From Elainellaceae cyanobacterium (lineage in GTDB: Bacteria > Cyanobacteriota > Cyanobacteriia > CAZCXK01), in contig JBNPEG010000111.1 in the NCBI GenBank assembly GCA_051117555.1, forward strand, positions 1-26,952: 26,952 nucleotides of DNA. The letters are read 5' to 3'. Shown here piece after piece: positions 19,116 to 26,952 of this stretch (positions are counted from its first letter, which is position 1; each line of letters opens with the position of its first letter). The notes under the pieces were generated by a model. It searched no databases and was not told the DNA's origin. It saw nothing but the letters and a program-made list of their open reading frames with translations. Both the position numbers and the translations under genes were made by a program.

Positions 19116-21131
19116 ATGAGTCGCGCTGCCGCGTCTGCATCCAATATTGATCCGAATCCTCAAACCTATGGCGATCTGAAGAGCCCCCCTTCGAGCGAGA
19201 TTGACTATAGCTCCGCACAGTCGATTACTGAGATTTGGGCAACTGCTGCTGAACGATTTGGTTCGGTGGTTGCGGTGAACGATCCCCACGGCACCCCTAA
19301 GTTAGTCCATACCTATGCCGACCTTTATCAAGAAATTCAGCGCTTTGCAGCGGGGCTTCAGTCGTTGGGCGTTGTAGCGGGCGATCGCGTAGCGCTATTT
19401 TCGGATAACAGTCCTCGATGGCTGATCGCTGATCAGGGCATTATGATGGCTGGCGCGGCAGACGCAGTTCGCAGTTCACAAACAGATCGAGATGAATTAG
19501 CATTCATTTTGAGAAACAGCGGTAGCACTGTTCTAGTCGCTCAAGACCTCCAAACGTTCAAAAAACTTCGAGGCAGCTTGGCGGAGCTTGCTATTCAACG
19601 AGTCATTCTTCTTTCTGATGAGCAGCCTGACTCGTCAGATCAAGCAAATCAAGAGTTCAAGATTTTCAACTATCGGCAGATTCAGGAACTCGGTTCAGAG
19701 CATTCGCTAACGCCTGTTTCTCAAGGACGAGACGCCCTCGCTACGCTAATTTACACCTCTGGAACAACGGGGCAGCCGAAAGGAGTCATGCTCAGCCACG
19801 GTAATTTGTTAGCTCAAATTATTGCAGTGCCCTATGTGATTATTCCATCGGCTGGAGAGCGCGTTCTCAGTCTCTTGCCAAGTTGGCACTCGTATGAGCG
19901 AACGTTTGAATATTTCATTTTTGCGTACGGCTGCACCCAAATTTACACCAATATTCGCCACATCAAGCAAGACCTCAAGACATTTAAGCCTCATTATATG
20001 GTGGGTGTTCCTCGCATCTGGGATTCAATTTACGAAGGTGTTCAAAAGCAGTTTCGTGAACAGCCACCTCGTAAGCAGCAGCTTGTTCAGTTTTTTCTAA
20101 ATACGAGTCACCGATTTGTCAAAGCGCGTCGTATTGTGCAGAAGCTTGATCTGCAAAATCGCAATCCTAATGTCGTCGAGCGGGGTGTTGCTGGTATGCA
20201 GGCGATCGCCCTCTTCCCAATTCATGCGATCGCCAATCAAATCGTCTATCGAAAAATTCGAGAAGCCACGGGGGGAAGCGTCAAACTATTGGTGAGTGGT
20301 GGCGGCTCTCTGGCTAAACATCTCGATGACTTTTACGAAGTCATTGGCGTCACGATTTTACAGGGCTATGGACTCACCGAAACTTCCCCGATTACAAATG
20401 TCCGACGACTTGAGCACAACTTAAGAGGCTCATCGGGTCCTCCTATTCCTTATACAGATGTGCAAATTGTCGATCCAGAAACGTATCAGCTTCTACCAGT
20501 AGGGCAAAAAGGGCTGATTCGAGTGCGCGGTCCCCAGATTATGCAGGGGTATTATCAAAATCCTGAGGCGACTGAAAAAGTGCTGAGTGCAGACGGATGG
20601 TTTAATACAGGTGATTTAGGCTGGATGACCAAGGAAAATGACCTCACCATCACGGGACGAGCCAAAGATACGATTGTTCTGACTAGTGGAGAGAATATTG
20701 AGCCACAGCCGATTGAAGATGCGTGTGTTCGCAGCGCATACATTGATCAAATTATGTTGGTAGGCCAAGACCAGAAGTCATTAGGGGCACTGGTTGTGCC
20801 GAATCTAGATGCGCTAGAAAAATGGGCAAAGAATCAGAATTTGAGCCTTCAACTTGACGATCATTCTCCCGCTAACGACTCGACAGCAGATGACTCGGTA
20901 TCCAAGACGATTGGATTGAACAGCCCCGAAACTTATCAGTTGTTTCGTCAAGAATTAAACCGGGAAGTCAAAGATCGCCCCGGCTATCGACCTGACGATC
21001 GCATTGGGCCGTTTTGCCTGATTTCAGAACCCTTTTCCACAGAAAACGGTATGCTCACCCAAACCTTAAAAGTTCGTAGACCCGTTGTGATGGAACGCTA
21101 TCGAGGTATGATCGACGGGATGTTTACCTAA
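19116..21131 (+). CDS. aas: Long-chain fatty acid activating enzyme (acyl-ACP synthetase)
   Basis: AMP-binding LIYTSGTTGQPKGVML, QGYGLTETSP, GWFNTGDLG, GRAKDTIVLTSGENIEP; followed by YlqD as is typical in cyanobacteria. Confidence 0.9.
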   Translation: MSRAAASASNIDPNPQTYGDLKSPPSSEIDYSSAQSITEIWATAAERFGSVVAVNDPHGTPKLVHTYADLYQEIQRFAAGLQSLGVVAGDRVALFSDNSPRWLIADQGIMMAGAADAVRSSQTDRDELAFILRNSGSTVLVAQDLQTFKKLRGSLAELAIQRVILLSDEQPDSSDQANQEFKIFNYRQIQELGSEHSLTPVSQGRDALATLIYTSGTTGQPKGVMLSHGNLLAQIIAVPYVIIPSAGERVLSLLPSWHSYERTFEYFIFAYGCTQIYTNIRHIKQDLKTFKPHYMVGVPRIWDSIYEGVQKQFREQPPRKQQLVQFFLNTSHRFVKARRIVQKLDLQNRNPNVVERGVAGMQAIALFPIHAIANQIVYRKIREATGGSVKLLVSGGGSLAKHLDDFYEVIGVTILQGYGLTETSPITNVRRLEHNLRGSSGPPIPYTDVQIVDPETYQLLPVGQKGLIRVRGPQIMQGYYQNPEATEKVLSADGWFNTGDLGWMTKENDLTITGRAKDTIVLTSGENIEPQPIEDACVRSAYIDQIMLVGQDQKSLGALVVPNLDALEKWAKNQNLSLQLDDHSPANDSTADDSVSKTIGLNSPETYQLFRQELNREVKDRPGYRPDDRIGPFCLISEPFSTENGMLTQTLKVRRPVVMERYRGMIDGMFT

Positions 21132-21222
21132 CGGGTCTGGAGCATTTTTCAATCGTAAAGATGACAGAGCCGGGGTGACTGAGTCAAACTTAGCTTGAGT
21201 CGTTTTCGCACACACATTACTC

Positions 21223-21672
21223 ATGGATGTTTCACCGTCTAATCTCCTTCTAAAACGAGCTGTCAATATCAAGGTTGTCGTGACTCCTCGTTGGAAAGAA
21301 GAGGTTCAAAAACAGCTCCAAACTCAAATCAATCGCCTTGATGGTCAACTGCAACAGCTTGAAACTCAAGGGCAGCGTATGGCTACTGAAGTTCAGAAGC
21401 AGAGCCCAAATCCAGACGATTCGGCGATCGCCCAGCAAGTCAGCAATATTCAGGGACAGGTCAATCGTAAGAAGAGTGAGATTCTAGAGAAAAAGAATCA
21501 AGCCTTGCAGCAGCTCCAGCAAGTTCAGCTTTTAGAACTGGATCAAGAGGTTGGGCAAGGCCAGCTTGAGAGCTTCTTCCGGGTCGAGAAGGGTGATAAT
21601 CTCATTCAAAAAATGCAGGTTGAGATTCTTCTGCGTGATGGCGTTGTCGAAGAAATTCGAGGAGAGCTGTGA
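21223..21672 (+). CDS. YlqD-family protein
   Basis: LLLKRAVNIKVVVTPRWKEE, coiled coil, VEKGDNL, EILLRDGVVEEIRG. Confidence 0.9.
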   Translation: MDVSPSNLLLKRAVNIKVVVTPRWKEEVQKQLQTQINRLDGQLQQLETQGQRMATEVQKQSPNPDDSAIAQQVSNIQGQVNRKKSEILEKKNQALQQLQQVQLLELDQEVGQGQLESFFRVEKGDNLIQKMQVEILLRDGVVEEIRGEL

Positions 21673-21973
21673 ACTGGGTTAGTACTCTCAATTGCTCAAT
21701 CGAGTTTTAGCGCCAAAAATTTCCCAGAAAATCTACGCGCATTGATCGGGCAACGGCACAGGCTCGTTCATAGCCTCTATCGATTCAATTAGCGTCTGGT
21801 CAATTAGCGTCTGGTCCCAGATCATGCCGAGATGCCTCTATGTCAGATAAAATTCAGTTTGGTAGTCTCGTGGATATCGGGCGATCGCCCGACTCCCGAT
21901 GAGCGCGCTGAGCTGATATCTCATTGCTTAGTCGAGTTATAAACGTTTAAGTGATTCATTTGGAAGCCACTCT

Positions 21974-23317
21974 ATGATCCATGAAGTTTTCATGCCTGCT
22001 CTCAGTTCCACTATGACAGAGGGAAAAATTGTCTCTTGGGTAAAATCTCCGGGAGACAAAGTTGAGAAGGGCGAGACGGTCGTCGTCGTTGAGTCAGATA
22101 AAGCCGATATGGATGTAGAGGCTTTCTATGAAGGCTATCTGGCAACGATTATCGTCCCTGCGGATCAGGTGGCTCCTGTGGGAGCCCCCATCGCACTGAT
22201 TGCCGAAACCGAAGCAGAGATTGAAGAAGCGCAGGCTCAAGCAGATAATCAACCCTCTGAAACATCAGCCCCAGATACGGCATCGGAGTCTGATACGACA
22301 TCATCAGAACCCCAGCCCTCACCTGCAGCGATGGCGACGGCTCACACTGACGGTGCTCACGATTCATCTGACGGGTCATCGGCTAAAAACGGACGCATTA
22401 TCGTGTCGCCTCGCGCCCGAAAACTGGCGAAAGAATTCAACGTTGACCTCAGTACGCTGAAGGGGAGTGGTCCTCACGGGCGAATCGTGGCAGACGATGT
22501 AGAAGCAGCAGCCGGGAAAGAAGGCCAGCCCAAGCCGTCAACATCAGTCGCAGCATCACCCGCACCATCCCCATCCGCACCGTCACCCACCCCCACCCCG
22601 TCACCCCGCGCATCCGCTCCTTCAACGACGGCTCCCGTCCCACTCGGGCAAGTTGCGCCGCTCAACACACTACAACAGGCGGTCGTGCGGAATATGGTCG
22701 CTAGCCTAGATGTGCCTACCTACCGGGTCGGCTATACGATTACGACCGATCGCCTCGATCAGCTTTACAAACAGATCAAGTCTAAGGGCGTAACCATGAC
22801 AGCGTTGCTCGCTAAGGCCGTTGCGGTCACGCTCCAAAAACATCCTCTCCTCAACGCCAGCTACACCGATCAAGGCATCCAATATCGTCAATCTGTCAAT
22901 ATTGCAGTGGCCGTTGCCATGGGAGACGGTGGCTTGATTACACCCGTATTAAAAAACGCCGACCAGGTTGATATTTATTCCCTATCTCGCACCTGGCGCG
23001 ATCTGGTTGAGCGGTCGAGAACTAAGCAGCTTCAGCCTGACGAATATACAACGGGAACATTCACGCTATCTAACTTAGGCATGTTTGGGGTTGATCGATT
23101 TGATGCAATCTTACCGCCTGGGCAGGGATCTATTTTGGCGATTGGTGCCGCACGCCCGCAGGTGGTGGCAACTGATGACGGCATGCTAGGCGTCAAACGG
23201 CAAATGCAGGTTAACATAACGTGCGATCATCGTGTGATTTATGGTGCTCATGCCGCTGCATTCTTGCAAGACTTAGCAACCCTGATTGAAACGGATGCTC
23301 AAAGCCTGACGCTCTAG
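21974..23317 (+). CDS. pdhC: Pyruvate dehydrogenase E2 (dihydrolipoamide acetyltransferase)
   Basis: Lipoyl domain VESDKADMDVE, E3-binding SPRARKLAKE..GSGPHGRI, catalytic DHRVIYGA. Confidence 0.97.
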   Translation: MIHEVFMPALSSTMTEGKIVSWVKSPGDKVEKGETVVVVESDKADMDVEAFYEGYLATIIVPADQVAPVGAPIALIAETEAEIEEAQAQADNQPSETSAPDTASESDTTSSEPQPSPAAMATAHTDGAHDSSDGSSAKNGRIIVSPRARKLAKEFNVDLSTLKGSGPHGRIVADDVEAAAGKEGQPKPSTSVAASPAPSPSAPSPTPTPSPRASAPSTTAPVPLGQVAPLNTLQQAVVRNMVASLDVPTYRVGYTITTDRLDQLYKQIKSKGVTMTALLAKAVAVTLQKHPLLNASYTDQGIQYRQSVNIAVAVAMGDGGLITPVLKNADQVDIYSLSRTWRDLVERSRTKQLQPDEYTTGTFTLSNLGMFGVDRFDAILPPGQGSILAIGAARPQVVATDDGMLGVKRQMQVNITCDHRVIYGAHAAAFLQDLATLIETDAQSLTL

Positions 23318-23475
23318 GCTATCGGGGCATTACAGCCTCTAAGCAAAAGAGAAGGCAGAGGGTAGAAAACAAATACCTGCTACTGTGTTGCTTCAGTCAT
23401 TCGAGTTGGCTAATACACCTCACTCGCTATATCTCTGAAATGCTCGATTGCCAGAATCGACTCTGATTAGTCTGA

Positions 23476-24165
23476 TTAGACAGATGTAGCCGCATAGAGC
23501 CGTCTCGCCCTCATGAGCAGGCGGCATACTTCGTCATCATCGAGCTGAGAGAAGTCGTCATACCATGCGCCAATCGATCCCAGTCTATCTGGAGTCATTA
23601 TGCACACTACATCATCAACAATGTTAATCAACGCATCATAGGTGGATGGCGGGGCGACAGGGACGGCAACCACAATGGCGGCTGGAGCCTGTTCTCGAAG
23701 CACGGAAATTGCAGCGTGCAGGGTTGAGCCCGTGGCGATGCCATCATCGACGATGATGACGGTTTTTTCCTTAACATCTAGCGGGGGATCGTGAATAACC
23801 CCTGATTGGGGATCCCGACGGGTCCGATACGCGCGATCGCGCCGTTCGAGTTCTCTTTGCTCTGTTTTAGCCACATCGTCGATGGTTGGCTGAGAAATCT
23901 TGAGCCAGTTGATCACGTCTTGATTAAGAATTCGAACTCCAGGGGCGATCGCCCCCATTGCCAATTCTTCATGCTGAGGCACGCCCAACTTACGCACTAG
24001 ACAAATATCTAACGGAGCGTTGAGTGCTTTTGCAATTTCATAGGCAACGGGCACACCGCCTCGCGGTAATCCTAAAACCACAACATCATAGCGATGAGCG
24101 TAGTGCGACAGCTTTTCTGCTAACTGCCGTCCTGCTTCTGTCCGATTTCGAAAGCGTGTGATCAT
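23476..24165 (-). CDS. Type I phosphoribosyltransferase family protein
   Basis: FRNRTEAGRQLA, LGLPRGGVPVA, PRPP loop VIIVDDGIATGST; GAGGAG RBS. Confidence 0.93.
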   Translation of the reverse strand: MITRFRNRTEAGRQLAEKLSHYAHRYDVVVLGLPRGGVPVAYEIAKALNAPLDICLVRKLGVPQHEELAMGAIAPGVRILNQDVINWLKISQPTIDDVAKTEQRELERRDRAYRTRRDPQSGVIHDPPLDVKEKTVIIVDDGIATGSTLHAAISVLREQAPAAIVVAVPVAPPSTYDALINIVDDVVCIMTPDRLGSIGAWYDDFSQLDDDEVCRLLMRARRLYAATSV

Positions 24166-24493
24166 ATATCTATTAACTCCTCAAACGGATACTCACCCCT
24201 CAGCGCCTAATTGCCCTGTGCTCTGCACTTGATAGACCATTTGTTCTCGTGAGACAACGAACTTTCTCAAAAATTAGTCAACTTCGCCAAAGCTATCGAT
24301 CAGAAACTCATCTCACGATTTATTGTGCAGCGCTATTGAGATGAGGTCGAAAAGCCTGAGCCAAATTTCCCTTTCATTTAACCCTATCATTCATTCAAAA
24401 TCCTTGCTTTCAGGTGCGGCTTTACGAAGGTATAGACCCAATGACAACGACTTAGAATAGACAGTAGCGAACTATTAAGAAGTGTGTAGGTTC

Positions 24494-25396
24494 ATGGCAG
24501 ATCAACTCGTGCGTGCAACAGCAGCGGATGGAGGCATTCGGACGGTCGGCGTGATTACAACTAGGGCGGCGGAAGACGCTAGGCGTCGCCACAATCTCTC
24601 GTATGTTGCGACTGCCGCTCTTGGCAGAACGATGTCTGCAGGGCTCTTATTGGCATCCAGTATGAAACGACCAGAATCCCGAGTTAATATCCGCATCAAA
24701 GGGGATGGACCATTAGGTGGAATTTTAGTCGATGCTGGGCTAGATGGTACGGTCCGAGGATATGTTGATCATCCATCTGTCGAGTTGCCACCCAACCCCA
24801 ATGGCAAGCTCGATGTAGGCGGTGCAGTCGGAAAAGACGGCTATATGTATGTCGTACGCGATATAGGGTACGGATACCCCTACTCCAGCACTGTCGAATT
24901 AGTGTCGGGCGAAATTGGCGATGATGTCACCCACTATCTCGTTACGTCTGAGCAAACTCCTTCGGCACTAGTTTTAGGAGTCTTCGTGGGTGCAGATGGC
25001 GTTGCTGCCTCGGGTGGCATTTTGATTCAGGTGATGCCCAAAGCTGCGAGAGACGAAGACTTAGTCCGTACGTTAGAGTCGCGCGTTGCTCAATTATCTG
25101 GATTTACGCCCCTCTTACGAGCAGGCAAATCTCTTGCTCAAATTTTCGAGGATTTATTAGGAGATATGAACCTCGAAATCATGCCAGAAACTCAGATGCT
25201 CCGCTTTCATTGTGGGTGCTCGTTTGATCGGGTGCTGGGCGCACTCAAGATGTTGGGGCAAGCAGAGCTGCAAGACATGATCGAAAAAGATGATGGTGCA
25301 GAAGCAACGTGTCACTTCTGCGGGGAGGTGTATCAGGCTAGTAGCGATCACCTCGAACGGTTAATTCTCGATCTCCAGGCTGAAGCATCAACCTGA
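24494..25396 (+). CDS. hslO: Hsp33 redox-regulated chaperone
   Basis: GDGPLGG, LVTSEQTPS, zinc motif CGC...CHFC. Start ATG 24494 (MADQLVRA). Confidence 0.97.
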   Translation: MADQLVRATAADGGIRTVGVITTRAAEDARRRHNLSYVATAALGRTMSAGLLLASSMKRPESRVNIRIKGDGPLGGILVDAGLDGTVRGYVDHPSVELPPNPNGKLDVGGAVGKDGYMYVVRDIGYGYPYSSTVELVSGEIGDDVTHYLVTSEQTPSALVLGVFVGADGVAASGGILIQVMPKAARDEDLVRTLESRVAQLSGFTPLLRAGKSLAQIFEDLLGDMNLEIMPETQMLRFHCGCSFDRVLGALKMLGQAELQDMIEKDDGAEATCHFCGEVYQASSDHLERLILDLQAEAST

Positions 25397-26737
25397 TGCC
25401 GGTCGGACTGATGCCGGTCGGAAAATGGAAACTCCGTAGGCATCTGGAGATAGGTACTGACGAGCAGCCGTCTGGAGATCTTGAGCATCTAGCGCCTGAA
25501 TGTGAGCAGGATAATGGAGGGCTGGAGCCAAGTCTCCAGCAATCGATTGGTAGTAGCCATATAGACCTGCGCGGTTGCTAGGGGTTTCGTTGCCAAAGAT
25601 ATAGCGATTTGCGACGAGAGTTCTGACTCGCGCAATTTCGGACTCTGCCACGGGAGCGTCGTGAAGAGCCCGAATGTGATGGGCGATCGCCTCCTCAACG
25701 TCAGCGAGATTTTCTTCAGGTAAGTGAGCAGAAACATAGAACACCCCCTGCATCGCGTAAGTCATATTGCCTACCGAAATGCCAGATACCAGGCCGCGAT
25801 CTTCTCGTAAATCTCGGATCAGACGCGCCGTACGACCTTGCCCCAAAATAGAAGCTAACACGTCAAGAGCATAGGTCTGAGAAGCATGCGCCATACCTGG
25901 AACTCGCCACGCCATAAACAACCGTGCCTGCTGAATATGAGCATCATAATAGTCTCGGCGAGACACGCCTTCAAACGACGATTCAAGCTCAATTTCTCCC
26001 GATAAGATGGTTTCAGTCAGTCGTGAGTTGAACGTTTCGGTCGGGTGACTGCCAGGTAGAGGTGAATCGTCAATGTGCTCAAATCCTTGAGACACGATTT
26101 GAATGAGCTGATCAACGGGCAGATTACCGACTGCTACTGCTGAGATGGACGATGGACGATACCATCTCGCGTGAAAATCTCGCATTTGCTGAGGAGTAAG
26201 CTGTTCGATCACCTCAGAGAATCCTAAAACCGGACGACGATAGGGCAATCGGTCAAACGCCATTTCCATCGAGCGATAGAAGGTTCGCCGGCCAGGATTG
26301 TCATTAGCACGTCGAATTTCTTCTAAAATGACTGACCGTTCGCGCTCAAATGCCTCATCAGGAATTGCAGCATTCAGAACCACCTCAGTTTGGAGGGGGG
26401 CAAGTTCTGCAAAGTCTTTAGGGGCCGTTGTGATGTAGTAATGGGTATAATCTTGGCTGGTTGCGGCATTGGTAACGGCTCCACGCTGCTCAATCAATCG
26501 CTCAAATTCACCGCTTCGTAGGCGATTGGTCCCTTTGAAAATCATGTGTTCTAAGAAATGAGCCATGCCGTTAATCGGATCAGGCTCGATGGCTGAGCCA
26601 ACGCTGAGCCATAAGCTGAGATTGACTGCTTCGACTGGCATTTGTTCTGCGATAACCGTTAACCCATTGGGCAATCGCTGAATTGTGGGTGTATTCAAGC
26701 AAGGTAGAGAAGCTGCATCAATCAAGCCAGATGTCAT
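25388..26737 (-). CDS. M16 (pitrilysin) family metallopeptidase
   Basis: LPNGLTV, GMAHFLEHMIFKGT (HxxEH), NAATSQDYT, ERSVILEEI. ATG 26737 preferred over the longer track start. Confidence 0.95.
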   Translation of the reverse strand: MTSGLIDAASLPCLNTPTIQRLPNGLTVIAEQMPVEAVNLSLWLSVGSAIEPDPINGMAHFLEHMIFKGTNRLRSGEFERLIEQRGAVTNAATSQDYTHYYITTAPKDFAELAPLQTEVVLNAAIPDEAFERERSVILEEIRRANDNPGRRTFYRSMEMAFDRLPYRRPVLGFSEVIEQLTPQQMRDFHARWYRPSSISAVAVGNLPVDQLIQIVSQGFEHIDDSPLPGSHPTETFNSRLTETILSGEIELESSFEGVSRRDYYDAHIQQARLFMAWRVPGMAHASQTYALDVLASILGQGRTARLIRDLREDRGLVSGISVGNMTYAMQGVFYVSAHLPEENLADVEEAIAHHIRALHDAPVAESEIARVRTLVANRYIFGNETPSNRAGLYGYYQSIAGDLAPALHYPAHIQALDAQDLQTAARQYLSPDAYGVSIFRPASVRPASG

Positions 26738-26952
26738 GAGATTCCTTAAATATCCTTTCTCTTCAACTATCTTAATCTTTACAAGTTGATTACTTCTAGC
26801 CCACATTCCGCAGGTTTTGAGATAAAAATATTGTAATTTTGATGCATGAGAGCATCTGAGATTAGAGTACAAGATATTGACCACAGTGGAATTGTGGCAG
26901 GGGTCATTGACGAGATGGGCTTGGTTGAGCAAATCAACCAGCGCCTGACGCA

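Larger units (their letters stand above)
1593..25690. repeat. HIP1 octamer GCGATCGC, dispersed (about 40 copies by eye)
   Basis: Examples at 1593, 2952, 5560, 10803, 13861, 19381, 21881 and 25683; cyanobacterial hallmark. Confidence 0.95.

Noticed and set aside
3323..25737. Numerous 60-126 aa ORFs antisense to or nested in core genes
   Set aside because: Shadow frames of well-supported genes with no independent evidence.
26738..26932. 65-aa N-terminal extension of the M16 peptidase (likewise the short extensions of GST, DUF4335 and hslO)
   Set aside because: AT-rich promoter-like sequence; family similarity begins at the downstream ATG.

Overview
Cyanobacterial chromosomal window: about 40 HIP1 octamers (GCGATCGC, counted by eye), chlI and cyanobacteria-type DUF genes. 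Most of it (3.3-27 kb) is core genome: chlI, dapB, pilMNOQ, DUF6464, fmt, an OmpA-like protein, a conserved hypothetical, DUF4335/DUF3038, DUF427, aas-YlqD-pdhC, a phosphoribosyltransferase, hslO and an M16 peptidase. The first 3.3 kb is accessory. It holds the end of an IS inserted into an AT-rich Fic gene; an attC-like site after the Fic gene whose G/TT crossover point falls on the stop codon of a GST gene (a candidate orphan integron cassette, and the strongest lead here); a 23-unit 21-bp HIP1-rich tandem array; a 43-aa DUF4278 gene missing from the ORF track; and an HNH pseudogene. Also noted: a degenerate c-di-GMP-I-like motif upstream of pilM, nested palindromic repeats, and many short perfect tandem duplications. 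All family assignments come from motif recognition, not database searches.
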